Below are positions 37,167 to 44,074 of a DNA stretch of 44,074 nucleotides, piece by piece. Below the pieces are notes generated by a model that did not search any database, had not been told where the DNA came from, and worked only from the letters and a program-made list of their open reading frames with translations. A program made the translations under genes and the position numbers. Numbering within the stretch: the stretch's first letter is position 1; the number at the start of each line of letters is the position of its first letter. This stretch comes from Trichormus sp. ATA11-4-KO1 (GTDB lineage Bacteria > Cyanobacteriota > Cyanobacteriia > Cyanobacteriales > Nostocaceae): NCBI GenBank assembly GCA_019358915.1, contig JAHHIM010000037.1, forward strand, positions 1-44,074. Reading direction: 5' to 3'.

Positions 37167-38138
37167 TTAAACCAGTTTCAAATCAGGATACTCTGCTAAA
37201 ACATCATCCGATGTCAGAGTATCACCTTCAGCTTGGGGAGTCCAAAGAACTTCAATCGCTAGAAGTTGGTCACTGGGTAGGCTACCAATTCGCCGCAAGG
37301 CTTGACGCAAGTCATCAACGCTGTTGATTTCTGGGATTTCAAATTTACCTAATGTCGCAGCTAACAAGGTGACAATCAGGTATTCTCCAGGTCCTTCACT
37401 AATGAGGCGGGTTGGATTATCTAGTTCATCGGCAGGCGGTAAACTATCTTTATTCAAGGCGGCTCGGAGTTGGTTATTGACGTTAGACAGAGTTTCTTCG
37501 CTAAACTTGCTGCGTTCCGCCAGTGACAAACGATTAAACTGACTTTCAGCTGAATTTAATTTAGCTTGTTGTGTACCACCACCTGCATACACCCAGTATT
37601 CTGGATGGCGGAGCAAAGCTAAACTAGCTTCTTGCAAAACTTGTGCTCTTCCCTCTGGAGAGTTGGTATCAGCAGATTCAGCTATTTGGTTAAGTTCATT
37701 TTGCAACCCACGGGCTTGAGCTAACAAACCGACTTGCAAACGAGTTACAGATACAGGAGGGTTACTGCTGTAGCCTACTTCTTCGCCTTCGCCATTGCTC
37801 ACACGGCGGAAAGTTTGCACTAAGAAGTTAGCGATCGCTAAGAAAATTAAGATGGTAAATATACCGCCAAACCCTCCGCCAATACCCCAGAAGGGAATTA
37901 AGAACGGAAAGCCAAAGCCCCCACCACCAGGATAGTATCCTCCACCACCAGGGCGTGCGTAGGTGCGCGGTGTGTAGGTGCGGCTAGAAGGAGTTCTAAA
38001 GGAACCACCCCCAATGCGACCACCACTTCCACGGGCGGCGGCTGCATCAGCATTACTAAGTGCTAAAGCTAACACTAGGCTGAAGACTAAGAAAATTTTG
38101 CAAAGCGGTTTGATGGTTTGTTGTAGTTTTGTACGCAT
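37167..38138 (-). CDS. DUF1517 family membrane protein (FLAP1-like)
   Basis: Signal peptide, SGGRIGGGSF Gly-rich segment, TM helix, LQVGLLA, LALLRHPEYW, ERSKFSEETL and EVLWTPQ. Confidence 0.85.
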   Translation of the reverse strand: MRTKLQQTIKPLCKIFLVFSLVLALALSNADAAAARGSGGRIGGGSFRTPSSRTYTPRTYARPGGGGYYPGGGGFGFPFLIPFWGIGGGFGGIFTILIFLAIANFLVQTFRRVSNGEGEEVGYSSNPPVSVTRLQVGLLAQARGLQNELNQIAESADTNSPEGRAQVLQEASLALLRHPEYWVYAGGGTQQAKLNSAESQFNRLSLAERSKFSEETLSNVNNQLRAALNKDSLPPADELDNPTRLISEGPGEYLIVTLLAATLGKFEIPEINSVDDLRQALRRIGSLPSDQLLAIEVLWTPQAEGDTLTSDDVLAEYPDLKLV

Positions 38139-39501
38139 AACACAGGCGTGGGAAAATGTATTGCTTATGATTGCTTCCTAGGCTGGCAGGAATCTTATGC
38201 TGGCATCATTGCAGCCAGCCTGTAATAAATTACTGAGTAGCTGTTTATAACATTCATTTTTTTCGGCTACATCTTTAATTTACCGCGTCTTATCTTGTTT
38301 AGACAGGAAGCGGAGGAGGGATTTCTGTAGTAGATAACCGTACCTCATAACATGTGGCCTATTGTGGGAACTTTAAAATCAATTAATGATTTCTGTCTCA
38401 AGATAGAGCAAAGTGCTGAGTGCGCTTGCCCTGAGCGAAATCGAAGGGGAGTACTGAGTATAAACCCAGTGGCTTCAGTACTTTGAGCAATCAATTTAAT
38501 AATGTCCTAATCTATGTGACTACGGCTATACTTACTAAATTTATCTTGGGGTAAAACTTTTAGTACATAGATAATTTAAATATTAGTGATTTTTTTAACT
38601 TGCTTTTTTGCCAGCGATCGCGATCATTGCAGCTGATACTGGGAAATATTTCAGTTATCATTGTCTCTATATAGAAGGATTCTACATCTACCAATATCAT
38701 CTGCAGGTAGCCGAACATCATGTGGAGTGGCAATTTGCTTGATATGCTAGTACAATAACATTATGACATTTCGACAATGCAATCTAGTAATCTCATCTCA
38801 AGTATAGATACTGGCGCAAGTCTCATGAGCGTTTTGGCATTTTGGCATCACATCCACGGTTATTTAGGATAGTCTATTGATAGCTGATTTTAGTAACTTT
38901 TATAGCAGTTTATTCTTAATGAATTTAGCTATAATTGACAACTTTTAATTATTTATTGTTTTTCATTAATTTTGTTTAAATGAATTCTCAATTTTGGGGA
39001 ATTTATCAATTACTAATATAATTAACAAACACTTCACAGAAATAATAAGAAAAACTCCATATTTAATGTTCTAAAATATTCTTGAGTTATTTGTAATGCA
39101 TTTGCTCAAACAAAGATGGAGAACTATAATTTTATAATTTTAAAAGTTATGTACTACAAAGTGACAGTCATGACTACACATCTCTCTGTCTTACCTGCAT
39201 TAATTACGGTTTGTAAAAATTTCTCACAAAAAATCTGTAAAATCCTATTTTTTCGAGCATAGTTGTTAGCTAACATGACCAAAATGGGGAAAATAAGATA
39301 CAGAGCCAAAAAATTCCCCAGTGAAATCATTTGACTTTCTTGCTTTAGCTACAGCAGAGTCAAAAACAAGGTGTAGGGAAAGATATCTGCCCATATCTTT
39401 TGATAATTCAAATTACTACACATTAATTATCCCTAACTACTACACCTGGATTTTAGTCTTAATAATTACAGATTACTTAAGTTAACTTTAGCAAAATTAA
39501 C

Positions 39502-40737
39502 ATGGAACATATCTCACAATTAGCAGCAAAAATTAGAGATACAACAGCATCCCCGGAAATTCTGGTAATATCCCGTCTCTTTCTACCAAAAAAAGCTGCA
39601 ATTGGGGAATATCTCTATAATCGCTGTCTTCAAGATCCAGAAAGGGTAGTTGTGCTAGCTGCTGGTTATGCAGGTGATAAAGTATTTGATCAAGCCCAAC
39701 AGTTTCCTATATATCGCTGGCCAAATCCTAGGTACTGGCTGGGTAGTCTTATCGGGAGTTTTTTGCAGCCTATTTTCAATTTGATTTGCTCATTCGTTTT
39801 AGCAATTAAACTGTATTTTCGCTATCACTACCGTTATATTGAGTGGGGACACAGTTACGAGTTTCCGGCGCTGTTGTTATTAAGCTATATCCTACCCATC
39901 CGCTTTTTTATCTATCTGCATGGTAGCGATATTCTTGATACTTTACACAACCCCGTGTGGCGATCGCTCTTTAAATTGACACTGACACGCGCCGCAGGAA
40001 TTATTTGTAACAGTTACGTTACACAAGATTACCTCAGAAATACTTTCCGCTTAGAAACCCCTACCCATGTCATTCAACCTGTGATCAGACCAGAAAAATT
40101 TGGTTTCGCAAAGAATCAAGGTAATCTCGATGATTTACGTGGGCATGTGCGCGAGACGTACAATATTCCAGAAACAGCAGTAGTGATTCTTTCAGTGGGA
40201 AGGCTAGTAAAATATAAAGGCTTTGACCGCGTGATTGAGAACTTACCACTACTATTAACTATTGGAGTTGATGTTCACTACATACTCTGTGGCCAGGGTT
40301 CATGTGAACCCGAACTGAAATCCTTAGCGCAGCGCCTGCGGGTAGACAAACGAGTACACTTTGCTGGATATGTACCTGAGTACGAGTTAGCTGGCTATTA
40401 TGCAGCTTGTGATATATTTGCCATGCTCAACTTGTTAAACACCAAAGCTAGTCGTTTACAGGGTTTGAGTATCGTCAACTTAGAAGCGAGTTACTTCGGT
40501 AAACCTGTGATTGCTTCGCGTTTAGGCTCCGTCATAGATATAGTTCGCCATGAAGAAAATGGCATCTTGGTAAATCCCAAATCTGGCTACGAAGTTTTTC
40601 AAGCTTTTAAACGATTGTGTACAGACAAAGAGTTACGTGAACAACTCGGTCGCAAAGGTAAAGAATTATCTAGGCGCAAAACCCTTCATCGATCGCTTTA
40701 CATATCTGAACCTCTCCCCAACGGCTTATTAAATTAG
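39502..40737 (+). CDS. Glycosyltransferase family 4 (GT-B)
   Basis: ILSVGRLVKYKGFD, VHFAGYVP, YYAACDIFAM, LEASYFGKPVIAS and ENGILVNP. Confidence 0.88.
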   Translation: MEHISQLAAKIRDTTASPEILVISRLFLPKKAAIGEYLYNRCLQDPERVVVLAAGYAGDKVFDQAQQFPIYRWPNPRYWLGSLIGSFLQPIFNLICSFVLAIKLYFRYHYRYIEWGHSYEFPALLLLSYILPIRFFIYLHGSDILDTLHNPVWRSLFKLTLTRAAGIICNSYVTQDYLRNTFRLETPTHVIQPVIRPEKFGFAKNQGNLDDLRGHVRETYNIPETAVVILSVGRLVKYKGFDRVIENLPLLLTIGVDVHYILCGQGSCEPELKSLAQRLRVDKRVHFAGYVPEYELAGYYAACDIFAMLNLLNTKASRLQGLSIVNLEASYFGKPVIASRLGSVIDIVRHEENGILVNPKSGYEVFQAFKRLCTDKELREQLGRKGKELSRRKTLHRSLYISEPLPNGLLN

Positions 40738-40946
40738 CCACCACCGACAATGGTAACTATTTCTAAGCGATCGCCTGGTTGCACTGTTGTTTGCGACCAA
40801 AACTGACGGTGTAAAATTTCACCATTATATTCCACAGCTATCAAGCGAGGATTAAAACCTAACTGCTGAAGTAAATCTGGTAAAGGGGTTTGGGACGAGC
40901 AGCTATGCGTTTCCCCATTTACCTGGAGGGTAATCTGATTAGACAT
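40734..40946 (-). CDS. thiS: Thiamine biosynthesis sulfur carrier protein
   Basis: VNGE, IAVEYNGEIL and LEIVTIVGGG C-terminal di-Gly; directly downstream of thiE. Confidence 0.95.
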   Translation of the reverse strand: MSNQITLQVNGETHSCSSQTPLPDLLQQLGFNPRLIAVEYNGEILHRQFWSQTTVQPGDRLEIVTIVGGG

Positions 40947-40952
40947 TTTAAA

Positions 40953-41003
40953 GTGCTGAGTGCTGAGTGCTGAGTGCTGAGTGCTGAGTGCTGAGTGCTG
41001 AGT
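40953..41003. repeat. STRR-type heptamer array (GTGCTGA)x7
   Basis: Seven perfect copies between thiE and thiS. Confidence 0.92.
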
Positions 41004-41055
41004 CAGGAATTATTATTTATCTCCTCAGACGCTCTACATAGCAAAGTGCTGAGTA

Positions 41056-42159
41056 TTAAGGTTCTGGTTGGACGCGATTGAGTTGGGAGAGTAAATATTG
41101 TGTCACCAAGGTAGGCTGTTCAGCTTGGATGATAGCTCGTACCACCGCCACACGTTTTGCTCCTGCATCAATCACATCATTGATATTATTGGCATCTATC
41201 CCCCCAATCGCAAACCAGGGAATTGAGCTAGTTTCGGCGGCGTAGCTGACATATTCTAAGCCAGCAGCAGGCTTATCTGCTTTAGTGGGAGTTTCATAAA
41301 CAGGCCCTACACCAATATAATCTGCACCTTCAGCAATGGCCTTTTGCATCTCTTCCGAATTTGTGGTGGAACGACCAATCAAACGTTGAGGCCCAAGTAT
41401 TTGTCTAGCCGCAGCAATAGGCAGATCTTGCTGTCCCAGATGCACCCCATCCGCATCAACCGCCAAAGCTAGATCCACTCGGTCATTAACGATAAACAGA
41501 GCGCTGTAGGCATGGCATAGTTGTTTTAGTTTTGTGGCTTGTTCTAGACGCAAAGTGTCATCAGCCATTTTATCGCGGTATTGCACCAGAGTTAATCCAC
41601 CTTTGAGAGCAGCTTCGACAGTAGCCAACAAAGTTTCTGAGGGAGAGGTGACAAGATATAAGTGCGATCGCCACAGCAGTTGATGGCGCTGGTAACCCAT
41701 TAAACTACTTTCTAGGGTGTAAACTCGATAACGCATCTGTTTAAATGCTCTACCCATATTTGGGTGATAAAGCTTGCCATATTCTTCCAACACCCGCAAT
41801 GCTTCTTGGACACGGCAAAAGTTCGCTTGTAATAGTGATTTTATACTAGAGCGTTGCTCTTCCTGGGGATGGCTCAACTCAGTGCCGGGATCACCTGGTG
41901 TATCTCGCGCCGCCCTTAGTTCAGCCGTATGCCAGTGAGCTAACTCTTGTCGTAAGTACTTGCATTCCCCAACCAACTGAGCGTTATTTAACCCAAAGCG
42001 ACACCATTCTTCAATAATCCGTAAACCTTCACGAGCGCGGTCTAAATTGGCGTCTAAAATGCGGTAAACAACTTGCTGTATTTGCGCTTTTTGGCTGTAT
42101 GGCTCGACCATTACAACCACCTTATTAGTGCTTTCATCATAAAAGCCCGCCTCTTTCAT
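41056..42159 (-). CDS. thiE: Thiamine-phosphate synthase, cyanobacterial type with N-terminal helical extension
   Basis: RILDANLDRAREGLRIIEEW, LYLVT, VQYRDK, IVNDRVD, GVHLGQQD, GPVYETPTK and FAIGGI. Start ambiguous (42192, 42159 or 42111). Confidence 0.95.
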   Translation of the reverse strand: MKEAGFYDESTNKVVVMVEPYSQKAQIQQVVYRILDANLDRAREGLRIIEEWCRFGLNNAQLVGECKYLRQELAHWHTAELRAARDTPGDPGTELSHPQEEQRSSIKSLLQANFCRVQEALRVLEEYGKLYHPNMGRAFKQMRYRVYTLESSLMGYQRHQLLWRSHLYLVTSPSETLLATVEAALKGGLTLVQYRDKMADDTLRLEQATKLKQLCHAYSALFIVNDRVDLALAVDADGVHLGQQDLPIAAARQILGPQRLIGRSTTNSEEMQKAIAEGADYIGVGPVYETPTKADKPAAGLEYVSYAAETSSIPWFAIGGIDANNINDVIDAGAKRVAVVRAIIQAEQPTLVTQYLLSQLNRVQPEP

Positions 42160-42303
42160 ATTTGCAATGTGCTTCGCATCGTTAATGTACAAGTGATGGG
42201 AGATTGGGTATCGGGTATTAGAAAAGTTGCTTTCCCCCTACTCCCTATTCCCCACTACCTTTATTAATTACTTTGTCTTTAAAATAGCCAATTGGTCAAT
42301 ATG

Positions 42304-42437
42304 TAGTGGACTGGCAAACCTAAAACGGTGCATTATGTTTTTCTTGTGGAACAGGCATTTTGCCTGTTCTGAGCGGGTTAGAAGCCTACCCTACAATCAT
42401 TATGTTTTTGCAACATTGTAGCCTTGCCACGCCAGTA
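42304..42437. mobile_element. MITE-like element carrying REP-like palindromes
   Basis: Imperfect TIRs TAGTGGACTGGCAAACCTAAAA and (reverse complement) TACTGGCGTGGCAAGGCTACAA (16/22). Internal GTGGAACAGGCATTTTGCCTGTTC hairpin. Confidence 0.5.
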
Positions 42438-42598
42438 AATTACATAACGATTTGTTAGGTTGCATTGGGTTCCTTTGGTTCTTCACCAAGTGTTTGCTGT
42501 GATGCGTGTCGGATATGAAGAATACGAACCGTTGATGCGTCTTGATTATCCAAAACAGTGAAAAGGATTCGATAGATACATACAGAAACGCATTATGA

Positions 42599-43093
42599 CT
42601 ATCTTACAAGACTAGGATCAACCCTTCTTAGATAATCCCGAAATATTTGATGTGCAGTTTTGTGATCACCTTCTGGAGACATATTACACAACCACCACAG
42701 AAAACTGCTTTGGTAACATCTTGGCTGGTCAGTTGCAATTAATCGACTTAGATGTTCACAATTCCAGCCAGTGAAAGTGTACTCCCAATTATAAAAAACA
42801 CGAAGGGCTTGTTTTAACCGCTTAATGCTTTGTTCTGGTTCAAAAGCTATGTCGTCAATACCAATAACAAATTTTGCCTGCTTCTTCTCAAATGGACACA
42901 ACCCTTGGCCTGTATCAAAAATGTGTGTTTCCGAAAGACCAATCCCATAGTGCCAGAATGGATCAGGTAGATTCTGCCAGTTGAGTAAACGTCCGTAGCG
43001 CTCACTTGATGGGTCAACAAGACGTTCAACTATTTCTATTGTCTTCTCAATTTTGTCTAGGGATAATGGCATGGCTGGAATCAAAACCTTCAT
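42599..43093 (-). CDS. LRAT/NC-domain (permuted NlpC/P60) family protein
   Basis: WHYGIG near the N-terminus and YTFTGWNCEH near the C-terminus match the H...NCEH signature. Confidence 0.65.
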   Translation of the reverse strand: MKVLIPAMPLSLDKIEKTIEIVERLVDPSSERYGRLLNWQNLPDPFWHYGIGLSETHIFDTGQGLCPFEKKQAKFVIGIDDIAFEPEQSIKRLKQALRVFYNWEYTFTGWNCEHLSRLIATDQPRCYQSSFLWWLCNMSPEGDHKTAHQIFRDYLRRVDPSLVR

Positions 43094-43310
43094 AAAATTG
43101 GTTTACAAAAAGCATTAAAAGAAGCTATAGGAGCGGCCAAAATAGCTAAAAAAATGCGTTTTCATATATTGTTGCTACAGTTTTGCTACGCATTTCCTGC
43201 CAAATGGTGATGATGTCCGCACAGTCCAAGAATTATTAGGACACAAACATGTGAAAACTACGATGATTGATGCCCATGTTCTTAACCTTTGTGGTAAAGG
43301 TGTACATTCT

Positions 43311-43892
43311 TTAATTTTCGGTGGTTTCAGTTTCCCACTGCACTTGTCGGTACAAGTCTGCGAGCGCTATTTCTACATCCACCGATTCGAGTAGTAATAT
43401 ATCGCCCAAATTGTACTCCGATAACACCCATTTCCCCTGTTCGTTGCGCCGAAACACTTCCACACTTGGTTGATTTACTTGTACTAAGACATATTCTTGG
43501 AAGGTGGGAGATTGGCGATATTTGGCAAACTTCTTCCCCCTATCGGCTGCTTCCGTGGAAGGTGATAGCACTTCGATAATTAAGCAGGGAAATTGCACTA
43601 ATTGTGGATCGCGATCGCGCTGATCGCAAGTCACCACCACATCTGGATAAAAATACTTTTGCCCCGGTTCTACCTGCACCTTCACATCTACAATGTATAC
43701 TTCACAGGAGCGATCGGCTAGGGCATCATCTAAAAGCTTAGAGAAATTGAGAGAAACCCGATTATGGTTGCGTGTACCACCGCTCATCGCTACAACTTCA
43801 CCATCCCAATACTCGTAGCGTTGCTCTTGAGTGGGTTCCCAAATCAGATATTCCTCTGCACTCATTAAAATGTGATCGGGTAAAGCAACCAT
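43311..43892 (-). CDS. Uma2 (DUF820) family protein
   Basis: [42 protein letters not shown] and EYVLV. Confidence 0.92.
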   Translation of the reverse strand: MVALPDHILMSAEEYLIWEPTQEQRYEYWDGEVVAMSGGTRNHNRVSLNFSKLLDDALADRSCEVYIVDVKVQVEPGQKYFYPDVVVTCDQRDRDPQLVQFPCLIIEVLSPSTEAADRGKKFAKYRQSPTFQEYVLVQVNQPSVEVFRRNEQGKWVLSEYNLGDILLLESVDVEIALADLYRQVQWETETTEN

Positions 43893-44036
43893 TGCTGCGA
43901 TTAGGGAATGATTTACTTTTATAGGATAGCGAAAACAGGGCGTTCTCTTTTAACCCACCTTCCGCACCCTAACTGTCACACATCAACAAAAAGCTGACGG
44001 AGTAGTACATAAGAACTAAGTTAGATTCAAGATTCC

Positions 44037-44071
44037 AGAGACTTAATGAGAATAAGTAGTATTAAGTCTCT
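44037..44071. terminator. 11-bp inverted repeat at window end (possible terminator)
   Basis: AGAGACTTAAT...ATTAAGTCTCT. Confidence 0.45.
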
Positions 44072-44074
44072 TGA

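Noticed and set aside
42160..42598. TPP riboswitch upstream of thiE (also checked upstream of tenA)
   Set aside because: No CTGAGA...CCTGA...AGCGTAGGGA-type core was found; the region is repeats and a MITE-like element.

Overview
Chromosomal window from a heterocyst-forming-type cyanobacterium (Nostocales-like). The evidence is dense HIP1 GCGATCGC octamers, heptamer STRR arrays, a cyanobacterial 16S leader and nifH. From left to right it holds: the 5' end and sigma70 promoter of an rRNA operon (minus strand); an FAD oxidoreductase, ilvD, Uma2, tenA and a pentapeptide/TPR gene; a VapC/AF2212-type toxin-antitoxin pair bracketed by 38-bp HIP1-anchored direct repeats; a CPA1 cation/H+ antiporter-USP fusion under a clear fluoride (crcB) riboswitch with terminator; and a stand-alone nifH. 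A ~21-kb minus-strand contractile injection system (CIS/eCIS) locus follows (12023-33467). It encodes a gp19-like tube, tube initiator, VgrG, PAAR, gp25, baseplate J, a P2-I-like tail protein and a DUF4159-like protein. It also carries two bitopic Ig-fold membrane proteins, a pseudokinase-PstS-like fusion at its head and a catalytically dead TPR-CHAT protein at its tail. No sheath, second tube, cap/terminator or AAA+ ATPase gene is present in the window. Heptamer arrays between the distal CIS genes alternate strictly in orientation, and a four-helix-bundle gene is inserted between two of them. An IS1 remnant and several MITEs follow, then housekeeping genes (GNAT, ruvX/yqgF, DUF3727, DUF1517, GT4, thiS, thiE, an LRAT/NC-domain protein, Uma2). 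The supplied ORF track gives the wrong strand for 11380..11667 and misses a 58-aa CIS gene at 30806..30982. All family calls come from motif recognition by eye; no searches were run.
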